Assembly (NCBI GenBank): GCA_039933375.1
Contig: JBDTOF010000116.1
Location: 1-40,735 of the forward strand
Direction: 5' to 3'
Length of the DNA: 40,735 nt
DNA from: Chloroflexota bacterium
GTDB taxonomy: Bacteria; Chloroflexota; Limnocylindria; Limnocylindrales; CSP1-4
Position numbers and translations under genes: made by a program. The notes beneath the pieces are model-generated. The model was given only the letters and a program-made list of their open reading frames with translations, was not told the DNA's origin and did not search any database. This document shows, piece after piece, positions 27,102-36,537 of this stretch (positions within the stretch are counted from its first letter, which is position 1; each line of letters opens with the position of its first letter).

Positions 27102-27497
27102 TCAGACTCGACGCCGCTTCGGCGGGCGACAGCCGTTGTGCGGGATGGGGGTGACGTCGGTGATCGCGGTGACCTCGAGGCCAGCGGTCTGGAGCGACCT
27201 GACGGCCTGCTCCCGGCCGGCGCCCGGTCCCTTCACGTAGACCTCGACCTGGCGCATGCCGTGCTCCATCGCCTTGCGGGCGGCGATCTCGGCGGACATG
27301 GCGGCGGCGTAGGGCGTGCTCTTGCGAGAACCCTTGAAGCCGGCCACGCCGGAGGAGCCCCAGCTGATCACCGCGCCGGTGAGATCAGTGATGGTGATGA
27401 TCGTGTTGTTGAACGACGCCTGGACGTGAACGTGCCCCTGGGGGACGTTCTTCTTCTCTCGGCGGCGCTGCTTGACGGCCCGCTTCCGTTCAGCCAT
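27102..27497 (-). CDS. rpsK: 30S ribosomal protein S11
   Basis: It has [21 protein letters not shown]. Confidence 0.97.
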   Translation of the reverse strand: MAERKRAVKQRRREKKNVPQGHVHVQASFNNTIITITDLTGAVISWGSSGVAGFKGSRKSTPYAAAMSAEIAARKAMEHGMRQVEVYVKGPGAGREQAVRSLQTAGLEVTAITDVTPIPHNGCRPPKRRRV

Positions 27498-27518
27498 ACG
27501 ATTCGCGATCCCTCGTCA

Positions 27519-27896
27519 TTACTTGGTGGCCTTGCGGCGGGCGCCGACCGTCTTCTTCGGTCCGCGTCGCTGTCGGGCGTTGGTCTTCGTTCGCTGCCCA
27601 CGGACCGGGAGATTCCGCCGATGGCGGAGTCCGCGGTATGAGCCGATCTCGATGAGTCGCTTGACGTTGAGGGCTACCTCACGTCGGAGGTCGCCCTCGA
27701 CCTTGAAGCGCCGATCGATGAGCTCCCGGAGGCGGTTGACCTGCTCCTCGGTCAGATCCCGGACACGCGTGTCACCGTTGACGTTCGTCTGGGTCAGGAT
27801 CTTTTGAGCGGTCGGCAGCCCGATTCCGAAGACATAGGTAAGCGCAATTTCCACGCGCTTCTCGCGTGGAATGTCGATGCCGGCGATGCGTGCCAT
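27519..27896 (-). CDS. rpsM: 30S ribosomal protein S13
   Basis: It starts [26 protein letters not shown]. Confidence 0.97.
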   Translation of the reverse strand: MARIAGIDIPREKRVEIALTYVFGIGLPTAQKILTQTNVNGDTRVRDLTEEQVNRLRELIDRRFKVEGDLRREVALNVKRLIEIGSYRGLRHRRNLPVRGQRTKTNARQRRGPKKTVGARRKATK

Positions 27897-27903
27897 CGGA
27901 CTG

Positions 27904-28017
27904 CTACCCCTGCCGTTGCTTGTGCTTTGGGTTGGTGCAGATGACCATCACGGTTCCGTGGCGGCGAATCACCTTGCAGTTGTCGCAGCGCGCCTTGATG
28001 GAAGCTCTGACTTTCAA
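27904..28017 (-). CDS. rpmJ: 50S ribosomal protein L36 (zinc-binding form), TTG start; absent from the ORF track
   Basis: Manual minus-strand translation from TTG at 28017 gives (M)[36 protein letters not shown], then TAG at 27906-27904. That is 37 aa, the canonical L36 sequence in the canonical position between infA and rpsM. Confidence 0.93.
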   Translation of the reverse strand: MKVRASIKARCDNCKVIRRHGTVMVICTNPKHKQRQG

Positions 28018-28064
28018 CGGATCCTCGAAGATTGGGGCTGCCAGGGCAGCCGGGCGGTATCTGG

Positions 28065-28283
28065 CTACTTCAGCCGGTAGGTGATGCGACCCCGCGTCAG
28101 GTCGTACGGAGAAAGTTCGACCCGAACGCGGTCCCCCGGCAGGATGCGGATGAAGTTCATCCGAAGCTTGCCGGAGATATGGGCCAACACGCGGTGGCCG
28201 TTCTCGAGCTCGACGGCAAACATGGTATTCGGAAGCGGTTCGAGAACCGTACCTTCAACCTCGATTGCATCTCGCTTTGCCAC
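28065..28283 (-). CDS. infA: translation initiation factor IF-1
   Basis: The 72-aa ORF reads [48 protein letters not shown]. The start is a GTG. Confidence 0.97.
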   Translation of the reverse strand: MAKRDAIEVEGTVLEPLPNTMFAVELENGHRVLAHISGKLRMNFIRILPGDRVRVELSPYDLTRGRITYRLK

Positions 28284-28384
28284 GGGCGGTGCAGGATCCC
28301 TTTCTCGCGGAGAGTGCCGGCCCGGCGGGCCGACACACGAACGCGTAGCGTATCAGAAAGTGCCCACTCGGGGCAAGACGGTAG

Positions 28385-29161
28385 TCATATGGTCGTCAGG
28401 ATCTCCGGACCGTGCTCGGTCACGGCGATCGTGTGCTCGAAATGCGCGGCCAGCGAGCCGTCCGCGGTCACAACGGTCCAGTGGTCAGGCAGGAGCTCAA
28501 CCTCGCCGCTGCCAATGGTGAACATCGGCTCGATCGCGAGGCACATGCCCGGCTGCAACTCGAGCCCGCGGTAGCCGGTTCGGTAGTTCGGGACCTGCGG
28601 ATCCTCGTGCATGTCAGTCCCAATGCCGTGGCCGACGAACTGCCGCACGATTCCCAGGCCAGCGTGCTTGCCGACATCCTCGACCGCGGCCGAGATGTCG
28701 CCGACTCGATGCCCCGGCACCGCCGCCGCAATCCCGGCCATCATGGCCAGGCGGGTCGCCTCGACGAGATCTCTGGTCGCGTCATCCACCTGCCCGACGA
28801 TGAACGTCCGGGCGGCGTCACCATGCCAGCCATCGACGATGGCTCCGACATCGACGGACACGAGCTGGCCCGAGCGAATCACCCGGTCGCCGGGAATGCC
28901 GTGGACGACTTCGTGATCAATCGAGATGCAGGTGCTGGCAGGGAAGGCCTGTGACCCCCGGCCGTATTTCCCGCCCCCGAGATAGCCCATGAAGGAAGGC
29001 GTTCCACGTGAAGCACGGATGTGCTGCTCGGCGAGCCGGTCGAGATAGCCGGTGGAGATCCCGGGCTTGAGCTCCGACTCGACGAGCGCCAGAACCTCGG
29101 CGACAACCCGTCCGGCGACCCGCATCTTCTCAATCTCGCGCTTCGACTTGCGTGAAACCAT
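28385..29161 (-). CDS. map: type I methionine aminopeptidase
   Basis: The 258-aa ORF has metal-ligand regions VVHGIP, VSVDVGAIVDGWHGD, VGHGIG, LAIEPM and FEHT. Confidence 0.95.
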   Translation of the reverse strand: MVSRKSKREIEKMRVAGRVVAEVLALVESELKPGISTGYLDRLAEQHIRASRGTPSFMGYLGGGKYGRGSQAFPASTCISIDHEVVHGIPGDRVIRSGQLVSVDVGAIVDGWHGDAARTFIVGQVDDATRDLVEATRLAMMAGIAAAVPGHRVGDISAAVEDVGKHAGLGIVRQFVGHGIGTDMHEDPQVPNYRTGYRGLELQPGMCLAIEPMFTIGSGEVELLPDHWTVVTADGSLAAHFEHTIAVTEHGPEILTTI

Positions 29162-29167
29162 GGCCGG

Positions 29168-29842
29168 TCAGGCCAGTCCGGCGGGGCCGGCGTCGCCATA
29201 CCCGAGCGATGCGAGGAGTCCAGCCGAAACGTCCCGGATCGAGCGCCTCCCGTCGACGATGCGGAGCGCCGATGTGCGTCGGTAATGCGCCTCGACATCG
29301 GACAGATCGTCGAGGGTGCCGCTCAGCCGAGCCCGGATTGTTTCCGGCGTGTCGTCGGCTCGCTGGATCAGGGCCGACCCGTCGACATCGCACCGACCAG
29401 CGACGGCCGGCGGGTTGAGCGTGACGTGGAACAGGTGTCCGTTGGCCTGGCAGACCCGCCGGCCGGACAGGCGCTCGACGAGGTCCTCGGCAGGTACGTC
29501 GATCATCAGGGCGGCGTTGACGGATGCACCATGCGCGGCCAGGAATTCGTCGAGCGAAGCGGCCTGGATGGCCGTCCGGGGAAAACCGTCGAGGATCGCG
29601 CCGTCCCGTGCGTCCGGCTCCCGAAGACGCTCCTCGAGCATGCGGATCGTGACCGCGTCAGGCACGAGCTGCCCTGCATCGATGTAGCTCCTGGCCTCGA
29701 GTCCGACAGGCGTCTCCTCGCGGATGGCGAGACGGAACAGATCCCCGGTCGCGATGTGCGGGATCTCGAGGCGGTCCGCAAGCACCGCCGCCTGCGTGCC
29801 CTTCCCGGCGCCTGGGGCGCCGAGCAGCACGACGATGATCAC
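29168..29842 (-). CDS. adk: adenylate kinase
   Basis: It has the P-loop LLGAPGAGKGTQ, plus ILDGFPRT and a long LID segment. The start is a GTG overlapping the secY stop (GTGA). Confidence 0.95.
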   Translation of the reverse strand: MIIVVLLGAPGAGKGTQAAVLADRLEIPHIATGDLFRLAIREETPVGLEARSYIDAGQLVPDAVTIRMLEERLREPDARDGAILDGFPRTAIQAASLDEFLAAHGASVNAALMIDVPAEDLVERLSGRRVCQANGHLFHVTLNPPAVAGRCDVDGSALIQRADDTPETIRARLSGTLDDLSDVEAHYRRTSALRIVDGRRSIRDVSAGLLASLGYGDAGPAGLA

Positions 29843-31122
29843 CGGATGAAGCCCTCGTAGTTCCTCATCATCAGTTGGGCCTCGATCTGCTTCATCGTCT
29901 CGACCACCACCGACACGACGATCAGCAGGCCCGTTCCGCCAAGGGCGAAGCCCTGGAGCGACGGGTCAAGCACACCTGCGAGTACCGGGGCAACGGCGAC
30001 CGTTCCCAGGAAGAGGGCTCCGGCGAGGGTGATTCGGGACACGACCCGGGCGAGATAGTCCTGGGTCGGCCGACCCGGCCGGATTCCGGGGATGAACCCG
30101 CCGTTCTTGCGGAGCTGCTCCGCAGTTTCGTCGGGTTTGAAGGTGAATGCCGTGTAAAAGTAGGTGAATCCAATCGTCAGGAGGAAGTAGAGCAGGGCGT
30201 ACTGGGGCGTCGTGGAGGACAGGAACCCGGCGATGGCAGTCGCCACGTCCCGAACGCCCTGGACCGCGGAGTACGAGAAGTACAGGGCAAGCTGGGCCGG
30301 GAACTGGAGGATGGAGACCGCGAAGATGATCGGAATGACCCCGGCCAGATTGACCCGAAGGGGCAGGAAGGTCTGTCCGCCCTGGTACATCCGCCGACCC
30401 CGGACGCGACTGGCGTACTGGATCGGGATCCGGCGCTGGCCTTCCTGGATGTAGATGATGACGCCAACAGCAACGATCGCCAGGACCGCGAAGAGCACGA
30501 TGTCGCGGATCTGGTTGCCCCCGCCGAGCAGGCCGCTCACGGCCGCCGGGGCGCGGCTGACGATGCCGGCAAAGATGATGAAGCTGATTCCGTTGCCGAT
30601 CCCCTTCTCGGTGATGAGCTCGCCGAGCCACATCAGGATCACGGCGCCGGCCGTCATGGAGACCATCTGGACCCACGACATCGCGTTGCCGAGCCCGAAG
30701 CCGCCGACGATGATGCCGTCCGCGTTCAGCGCCGACAGGATGCCGAAGGCCTGGAGCATGGCCATCGGGATCGTCAGGTAGCGGGTGTACTGGTTGAGCT
30801 TCTGGCGCCCGTACTCGCCTTCCTTGCTGAGGGCCTGGAGGGACGGAATGACGCCCTGCATCAGCTGCATGATGATCGACGCATTGATGTACGGGTTCAT
30901 CGCGAGGCCCACTACGGACAACTGCGACAGGCCACCGCCTGCGAACAGGTCGATGACCCCGAACGCGGTATTCCGTTCGAAGAAGGCCGCGAGCTGCGTT
31001 CGATCCACGCCCGGGAGCGGGACCTGGGCAAGCAGGCGATAGACAATCAGGATCCCCAGGACGAACAGCAGCCGGCGCCGGATATCGGGCGCGCGGAAGG
31101 CATTGAGCAGGGACTCGAACAC
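29839..31122 (-). CDS. secY: preprotein translocase subunit SecY
   Basis: The 427-aa polytopic membrane protein has LGIMPYI-like (GLAMNPYINASIIMQL) and GGFIPGIRPGRPT segments. Confidence 0.97.
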   Translation of the reverse strand: MFESLLNAFRAPDIRRRLLFVLGILIVYRLLAQVPLPGVDRTQLAAFFERNTAFGVIDLFAGGGLSQLSVVGLAMNPYINASIIMQLMQGVIPSLQALSKEGEYGRQKLNQYTRYLTIPMAMLQAFGILSALNADGIIVGGFGLGNAMSWVQMVSMTAGAVILMWLGELITEKGIGNGISFIIFAGIVSRAPAAVSGLLGGGNQIRDIVLFAVLAIVAVGVIIYIQEGQRRIPIQYASRVRGRRMYQGGQTFLPLRVNLAGVIPIIFAVSILQFPAQLALYFSYSAVQGVRDVATAIAGFLSSTTPQYALLYFLLTIGFTYFYTAFTFKPDETAEQLRKNGGFIPGIRPGRPTQDYLARVVSRITLAGALFLGTVAVAPVLAGVLDPSLQGFALGGTGLLIVVSVVVETMKQIEAQLMMRNYEGFIR

Positions 31123-31124
31123 GG

Positions 31125-31811
31125 TCAGTCGTCCGTCGCGTCGGGCACGGATTGGTCAGCGGAGGCGTCGTCCGGCGCGCCCGGATCCGCTTCGGCCATC
31201 GATGGTTCCAGTGCGGGATCCGCGGGTGTGTCGTCGGCAGCGTCGGCAGCGGTGGAATCGGCGGGCGCGTCGTCGGCGAGGCCAAGCGCGGCATACGCCG
31301 CGGTCGGGACTTCAAGGATGGACACCGATCCGCCCGCAGCCTCGATCTTCGTGCGCGCCGACGCAGTGATCGCATCGGCAACGACGAACAGCGCGGCCCG
31401 GATCTCGCCGTGGCCCAGGATCTTCATGGGCTTCTTTAGGCTCCGGACCAGGCCGGCGGCACGCAGGATCTCCTGATTCACGGTCATCGGCGCTGCCGCC
31501 TTGGACTTCTTGGCGCCGGGCATGTCTCCCGGCTCGAGGACCCCGCGCTCGATCAGCGCGTCAATCGCCCCGATGTTGACGACTTCGTAGTCGATCTTGA
31601 AGGGGTTCTTGAAGCCACGAAGCTTCGGAATGCGGACATGGAGTGGAGTCTGGCCGCCTTCGAACCAGGCCGGGATCTTCCCGCCGGCTCGCGCTTTCTG
31701 GCCCTTGGTGCCGCGTCCGGCAGTCTTGCCCTGACCGGCTGCGATTCCGCGGCCGACGCGGCGCTTCTTGGGGTGAGAACCCGGCGCGGGCCGGAGATCG
31801 TGCAGCTTCAT
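31125..31811 (-). CDS. rplO: 50S ribosomal protein L15 with an acidic C-terminal extension of about 60 aa
   Basis: It starts [41 protein letters not shown]. The conserved body ends near GGSVSILEV (aa ~167), followed by a D/A/P-rich tail to aa 228. Confidence 0.95.
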   Translation of the reverse strand: MKLHDLRPAPGSHPKKRRVGRGIAAGQGKTAGRGTKGQKARAGGKIPAWFEGGQTPLHVRIPKLRGFKNPFKIDYEVVNIGAIDALIERGVLEPGDMPGAKKSKAAAPMTVNQEILRAAGLVRSLKKPMKILGHGEIRAALFVVADAITASARTKIEAAGGSVSILEVPTAAYAALGLADDAPADSTAADAADDTPADPALEPSMAEADPGAPDDASADQSVPDATDD

Positions 31812-32017
31812 TCCTTCTCCTGGGACTCGGCGGCTCCGAGCTCCTCGACGGATACGAGAAACCGGACCTGACGGACCATGCCGCGGGTCGCGTCGTTGTC
31901 GACGACGACGACCGTGCTGCCAATCCTGTGCAGGCCCAGGGCCCGGACAGTGGCGCGGTTGCGGGCGATATGCCCGATCGTGCTCTTGACCTGGGTGACG
32001 CGGATCTTACCGGGCAC
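31808..32017 (-). CDS. rpmD: 50S ribosomal protein L30
   Basis: It has [34 protein letters not shown]. The start is placed at the in-frame GTG at 32017 and is uncertain. The ORF-track N-terminus overlaps rpsE extensively. Confidence 0.88.
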   Translation of the reverse strand: MPGKIRVTQVKSTIGHIARNRATVRALGLHRIGSTVVVVDNDATRGMVRQVRFLVSVEELGAAESQEKE

Positions 32018-32540
32018 GGTTGGCCTCCCCGGCGGGCTGGCCCGCGATCCGGCTGCGGAGGACGACGCCACGACGGGCACCAAGCTCCTCGGCCGAATGA
32101 AGGCTGCGGAGGGCCTCGAGCGTCGCCCGGGTGACGTTCACGGGGTTGGTCGACCCGTGGACCTTCGAAAGGATGTCGCGGATACCTGCCGACTCGACGA
32201 CCGCGCGAACGGAGCCGCCGGCGACCACGCCGGTGCCCTGCGAGGCAGGCTTGAGCAGGACGCTGCTGGCGGAGTATTCGACCTTGATCTCGTGCGGGAT
32301 GGTCGTCCCGACCATGGGGATCCGGATCAGGTTCTTCTTGGCGTCCTCGACGCCCTTTCGGATCGCCTCGGGAACTTCGCCGGCCTTGCCGAGACCGACC
32401 CCGACGTGGCCCGCACCATCACCGACGACGATGACCGCGCTGAAGCTGAAGCGCCGGCCGCCCTTGACGACCTTGGCCACCCGGTTGATCTGGACGACGC
32501 GCTCTTCGAGCGACAGTTTGTTCGGATCGATTCGTGCCAC
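32007..32540 (-). CDS. rpsE: 30S ribosomal protein S5
   Basis: It has [36 protein letters not shown]. Confidence 0.97.
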   Translation of the reverse strand: MARIDPNKLSLEERVVQINRVAKVVKGGRRFSFSAVIVVGDGAGHVGVGLGKAGEVPEAIRKGVEDAKKNLIRIPMVGTTIPHEIKVEYSASSVLLKPASQGTGVVAGGSVRAVVESAGIRDILSKVHGSTNPVNVTRATLEALRSLHSAEELGARRGVVLRSRIAGQPAGEANRAR

Positions 32541-32549
32541 GTCAGCTCC

Positions 32550-32912
32550 TTAGAAGTCGAGTCCGGCCTCGCGGGCCGCTTCGGCGAGCGATTTGACGCG
32601 CCCGTGATATCGATACCCTGCGCGGTCGAAGACCACACGTTCGACGCCAGCCGACTTCGCGCGCGAGGCGAGAAGCTGGCCGACCGCCGCCGCCCCCTGC
32701 GACTTCGTCCCGGTCGCGGAGCGAAGCTCCTTCTCCACGGACGATGCGGCAGCAAGCGTACGACCCGACGTGTCGTCGATGACCTGGGCGTAGATGTGAT
32801 TGATGCTCCGGAAGACCGCAAGGCGCGGGCGCTCAGGACCCCCCTCCAGGTGGAGGCGAATCCGTTCGTGGCGCTTGCGGCGTGCGGCGCCGCGGCTGGC
32901 GACCTGCGTCAT
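32550..32912 (-). CDS. rplR: 50S ribosomal protein L18
   Basis: It has [44 protein letters not shown] and the C-terminal DF. Confidence 0.96.
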   Translation of the reverse strand: MTQVASRGAARRKRHERIRLHLEGGPERPRLAVFRSINHIYAQVIDDTSGRTLAAASSVEKELRSATGTKSQGAAAVGQLLASRAKSAGVERVVFDRAGYRYHGRVKSLAEAAREAGLDF

Positions 32913-32931
32913 CCTTATCGTCCTCTGATTC

Positions 32932-33483
32932 CTACTTCTTTCCGCCGACCTTGCCGGCCTTGCCGGCCTTGCGGCGGATCACCTCGCCGGCGTACCGCAC
33001 GCCCTTGCCCTTGTAGGGCTCCGGCTTGCGGGTGGCTCGCACCTTTGCGGCCACCTGTCCGACGAGTTCCTTGTCAATACCCACGACGGCGAGCCGCGTG
33101 GGTGTCTCCACCTCGAAGCTGATGCCGACCGGCGGGTCGATCTCGATCGTGTGGCTGTAGCCCAGGCTGAGCTGGAGCTTCTGGCCGACGAGCACGGCTC
33201 GATAGCCGACTCCGGTGATCTCGAGGCCTTTGCGGTACCCAGTCGTCACGCCCACGACCATGTTGTTCACGAGCGTTCGCGTCAGCCCATGGAGCTGCTT
33301 GTGCATCTTCTGTTCGCTCGGGCGGGCGACGACGATCGTCGCGTCCTCGCGAGACACCAGCATCTCGGGGTGAAGCGTTCGATTCAGTGTGCCCTTGGGC
33401 CCCTTGACCGTGACGTGAGAGCCGTCGATGGTGACATCGACGTCGCTCGGCACGGGAACGGGAAGGCGTCCGATACGTGACAT
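32932..33483 (-). CDS. rplF: 50S ribosomal protein L6
   Basis: It starts [33 protein letters not shown]. Confidence 0.97.
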   Translation of the reverse strand: MSRIGRLPVPVPSDVDVTIDGSHVTVKGPKGTLNRTLHPEMLVSREDATIVVARPSEQKMHKQLHGLTRTLVNNMVVGVTTGYRKGLEITGVGYRAVLVGQKLQLSLGYSHTIEIDPPVGISFEVETPTRLAVVGIDKELVGQVAAKVRATRKPEPYKGKGVRYAGEVIRRKAGKAGKVGGKK

Positions 33484-33490
33484 CGTCGGC

Positions 33491-33889
33491 CTACCAGACG
33501 AAGGCCAGGACTTCGCCGCCGAGCTGGGCCTTGCGAGCCTGCGCGCCGGTCATGATCCCCTGGCTCGTGCTGACGATAACGATACCGAGTCCACCCAGGA
33601 CGCGCGGAATGTCGGTCTTGCCCGCGTACACACGCAGACCGGGCTTGCTGATTCGCTTCAGGCCCGAGACGACCGGCACCTTGCCGTCGACGTACTTGAG
33701 CGTCATCCGGATGACGGTGCCCGGCCCCGCCTGCTCCTCGGTCCACTCGGCAATGAAGCCCTCGGTCTTGAGGATTCGGGCGATCTCCCGCTTGGTCCGC
33801 GATGCCGGAACGGCCACCTCGAGATGGCGCGCCCGCGAGGCGTTGCGCACCCGGGTGAGCATGTCGGCGATTGGATCGGAAATGTTCAT
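33491..33889 (-). CDS. rpsH: 30S ribosomal protein S8
   Basis: It has [13 protein letters not shown] and the C-terminal GGEVLAFVW. Confidence 0.97.
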   Translation of the reverse strand: MNISDPIADMLTRVRNASRARHLEVAVPASRTKREIARILKTEGFIAEWTEEQAGPGTVIRMTLKYVDGKVPVVSGLKRISKPGLRVYAGKTDIPRVLGGLGIVIVSTSQGIMTGAQARKAQLGGEVLAFVW

Positions 33890-33896
33890 CGGCTTC

Positions 33897-34082
33897 CTAC
33901 CAGCTCGACTTTGTGACGCCCGGCAGCTCGCCGACGAGGGCGCGCTCCCGGAAGCAGATGCGGCAAAGAGCGAACCGGCGCATGAATGCCCGCGGCCGTC
34001 CGCAGACCGTACAGCGGTGGTAGCCGCGGACGGGGAACTTCGGCGTTCGCTTCGCCTTTGCGATCATCGATTTCTTGGCCAT
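33897..34082 (-). CDS. rpsZ: 30S ribosomal protein S14 type Z (zinc-binding, 61 aa)
   Basis: It has [23 protein letters not shown] (CxxC...CxxC) and the C-terminal KSSW. Confidence 0.96.
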   Translation of the reverse strand: MAKKSMIAKAKRTPKFPVRGYHRCTVCGRPRAFMRRFALCRICFRERALVGELPGVTKSSW

Positions 34083-34098
34083 GGTCTCCTCCCCGCGC

Positions 34099-34644
34099 CT
34101 ACGAGGCGAACGGCATGCCGAGCAGTTCCAGCATTCGCCGGGACTCCTCGTCGGTCTTTGCCGTTGTCACGATGGTGATCTCCATTCCGCGGAGACGGTC
34201 AACCTTGTCGTAATCGACCTCGGGGAATGCAATTTGCTCCCTGAGTCCGATGGTGTAATTGCCACGCCCGTCGAACGACCGACCTGGCACGCCGCGAAAG
34301 TCGCGGATACGGGGCAATGCCAGGAGCGTGAACCGCTCGAGGAAGTCCCACATCCGCTGGCCGCGCAGGGTCACCTTGACGCCGATCGGGTTACCCGTCC
34401 GGACGCGGAATTGGGCGATCGAGCGCTTGGCCTTCGTCACGATCGGCTTCTGGCCGGCGATCTGGGCAAGGTCCTTGACGGCCGCATCGACGGCCTTGGC
34501 GTTGGTCAACGCCTCGCCGAGGCCGATGTTCACGACAATCTTTTCGAGTCGCGGCACCTGCATCGGATTGACGTAGCTGAACTGCTTCTGGAGGCCTGGC
34601 ACGACGTCGGCCTGATAGCGGTCCCGGAGGTTGCTGACAATCAT
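34099..34644 (-). CDS. rplE: 50S ribosomal protein L5
   Basis: It has [20 protein letters not shown]. The start is trimmed to the ATG at 34644 (ATGA overlap with the rplX stop). Confidence 0.96.
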   Translation of the reverse strand: MIVSNLRDRYQADVVPGLQKQFSYVNPMQVPRLEKIVVNIGLGEALTNAKAVDAAVKDLAQIAGQKPIVTKAKRSIAQFRVRTGNPIGVKVTLRGQRMWDFLERFTLLALPRIRDFRGVPGRSFDGRGNYTIGLREQIAFPEVDYDKVDRLRGMEITIVTTAKTDEESRRMLELLGMPFAS

Positions 34645-35084
34645 GCCGTCACCTCCAGCGCCTTGCCGCAATGCGCACAGGTCCGGATGCGGTGACCATC
34701 TTCGAGGGTCGCGTGTCCGATCCGGGTCGGCGTGTCACAGCTGGGGCAGACCACCATGACCTTCGAAACATCGAGGGGCATCGCGATCTCGAGGATGCCG
34801 CCCTGCTGGACCTTTGGCACGCGGTCCGTCCGGCCAGCGCTCTGTCGCGGCTTGGTGTGTCGTTTGGCGATATTGAGACCTTCGACGACAACGGTCGTCC
34901 CGCTCGTGTTGGTACCACGACGGAACGGCACGCGGAGGGCGGAGGCGCTCGCAGTGCGGCGGATCACCCGCTCCACCTTGCCGCGCTTCCCAAGGTCCTT
35001 GCCGGCGATGACGACGACCGTGTCCCCGCGACGGATCTCGGGGACCCGGGTCGGGCGGCCATGCTCGTAGACCCGGGCCATCAC
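34641..35084 (-). CDS. rplX: 50S ribosomal protein L24, long form with an internal insertion and a C-terminal CxxC...CxxC motif
   Basis: It has the KOW motif [20 protein letters not shown]. The ORF is 147 aa, whereas L24 is typically about 105 aa. Cysteines are at C113/C116/C136/C139 (CPSC...CAHC). The start is GTG at 35084 or ATG at 35081. Confidence 0.93.
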   Translation of the reverse strand: MMARVYEHGRPTRVPEIRRGDTVVVIAGKDLGKRGKVERVIRRTASASALRVPFRRGTNTSGTTVVVEGLNIAKRHTKPRQSAGRTDRVPKVQQGGILEIAMPLDVSKVMVVCPSCDTPTRIGHATLEDGHRIRTCAHCGKALEVTA

Positions 35085-35449
35085 AGCACCTCCGGGGCGA
35101 GCGAGACGATCTTCATGTAGTTACGGTCTCGTAGTTCGCGGGCAACCGGTCCGAAGATGCGTGTCCCTCGGGGATTGCCCTGGTTGTTGATGAGGACGGC
35201 GGCGTTCTCGTCAAAACGGATATAGCTGCCGTCGGGGCGCCCGTATTCCTTGGCGGTCCGGACGATCACCGCTCGGACGACATCGCCCTTCTTGACGGCG
35301 GCGTTCGGAATCGCCTGCTTGACGCTGGCGATGATCACGTCACCGACACCGGCCGTGGTCTTGAGGGAACGACCCATCACCCGGATGCACTGGATGGTCC
35401 GGGCGCCGGTGTTGTCGGCGCACTTCAGGCGTGACTGCGGCTGGATCAC
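35081..35449 (-). CDS. rplN: 50S ribosomal protein L14
   Basis: It starts [24 protein letters not shown]. Confidence 0.97.
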   Translation of the reverse strand: MIQPQSRLKCADNTGARTIQCIRVMGRSLKTTAGVGDVIIASVKQAIPNAAVKKGDVVRAVIVRTAKEYGRPDGSYIRFDENAAVLINNQGNPRGTRIFGPVARELRDRNYMKIVSLAPEVL

Positions 35450-35886
35450 GCATCCTCCCCGGCCGCGTCTGCGGCGTCAGTGGCGTCGGCGTCGGCGCTC
35501 TCGGAGTCCTCATGGCGCACACGTCCCGGATGAGCCGCCCCGTGGATTGCTTCGGACACAGCAGCCTCGTCGGCGACCATATCGGCCGTCGAGCCGTGGT
35601 CACCGGCGCGCTGAACGACACTCACGAGACGCCATCGCTTTGTTGCCGACAAGGGCCGAGACTCCTCGATCAGAACGGTGTCGCCAACGTGGGCACTGTT
35701 CGTCTCGTCGTGAGCCTTGAACTTGGTTGACAGGCGGATGACGCGCTTGTAGAGACGGTGCTGCGCCAGGCGTTCAACGGACACGACGATCGTCTTGTCC
35801 ATCTTGTCGCTGACGACGCGACCGGTCTTGGTCTTGCGCTGGCCGCGTTCGGGAGTCACTGGTGTTTGCATGGTCGAATTCCTCAC
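35446..35886 (-). CDS. rpsQ: 30S ribosomal protein S17 with an acidic C-terminal extension of about 50 aa
   Basis: It has [21 protein letters not shown], then [31 protein letters not shown], followed by a D/A-rich tail. The start is GTG at 35886 (GTGA overlap with the rpmC stop) or ATG at 35871. Confidence 0.93.
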   Translation of the reverse strand: MRNSTMQTPVTPERGQRKTKTGRVVSDKMDKTIVVSVERLAQHRLYKRVIRLSTKFKAHDETNSAHVGDTVLIEESRPLSATKRWRLVSVVQRAGDHGSTADMVADEAAVSEAIHGAAHPGRVRHEDSESADADATDAADAAGEDA

Positions 35887-36107
35887 GCCGACTTGCTGGT
35901 GGCCGACGCCGCCTGCGGGGTGAGCCGCTCGCGCTGGACCGTCAGGATCCGGGCAATCCGGCGTCGGGTCTGCGGAATCGTGCTCGTGTCATTCAGCTGT
36001 CGGGTGGACAGTGCGAACCGGGCGCTCCAGAGGTCCTGCTTCGCATCGCGAAGCGCCTGCTCGAGCTCGGAGTCGGACAGCTCACGGACTTTTCCGATGT
36101 CAGTCAT
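35883..36107 (-). CDS. rpmC: 50S ribosomal protein L29
   Basis: It has [25 protein letters not shown] and lies between rplP and rpsQ. Confidence 0.93.
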   Translation of the reverse strand: MTDIGKVRELSDSELEQALRDAKQDLWSARFALSTRQLNDTSTIPQTRRRIARILTVQRERLTPQAASATSKSA

Positions 36108-36534
36108 CGGACCCCTCCGTCACTGCAATCTCCTTGACGATGACGCGCGTGGCCACGGGAAGTTTGTGGCTCGCGAGACGCATGGCCTCGGTGGCCTCCT
36201 CGCGGCCGACTCCGGCCATCTCGAAAAGGATCCGCCCGGGCTTCACGACCGCGACCCAATGGTCGGGCGCGCCCTTGCCGGAACCCATCCGGGTCTCGGC
36301 TGGCTTCTTGGTCACTGGCTTGTCAGGGAAAACCCGGATCCAGATCTTGCCACCGCGCTTGACCGATCGGGTCATGGCGCGCCGGGCCGCCTCGATCTGG
36401 CGGCTCGTGATCCAGGCGGGTTCCAGCGTGGCCAGCCCGTACTCACCGAAGGCGACATAGTGGCCGCCCTTCGCCTGTCCGGACATGCGACCGCGCATGA
36501 CCTTGCGGTGCTTGACGCGCTTCGGAAGGAGCAT
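36100..36534 (-). CDS. rplP: 50S ribosomal protein L16
   Basis: It starts [24 protein letters not shown]. Confidence 0.97.
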   Translation of the reverse strand: MLLPKRVKHRKVMRGRMSGQAKGGHYVAFGEYGLATLEPAWITSRQIEAARRAMTRSVKRGGKIWIRVFPDKPVTKKPAETRMGSGKGAPDHWVAVVKPGRILFEMAGVGREEATEAMRLASHKLPVATRVIVKEIAVTEGSDD

Positions 36535-36537
36535 TGT

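Noticed and set aside
29966-31381. A 471-aa minus-strand ORF in an alternative frame over secY and rplO.
   Set aside because: It is same-strand but out of frame with SecY and L15, which are unambiguous. The translation is Pro/Arg-rich low complexity. I treat it as an off-frame artefact of high GC content.
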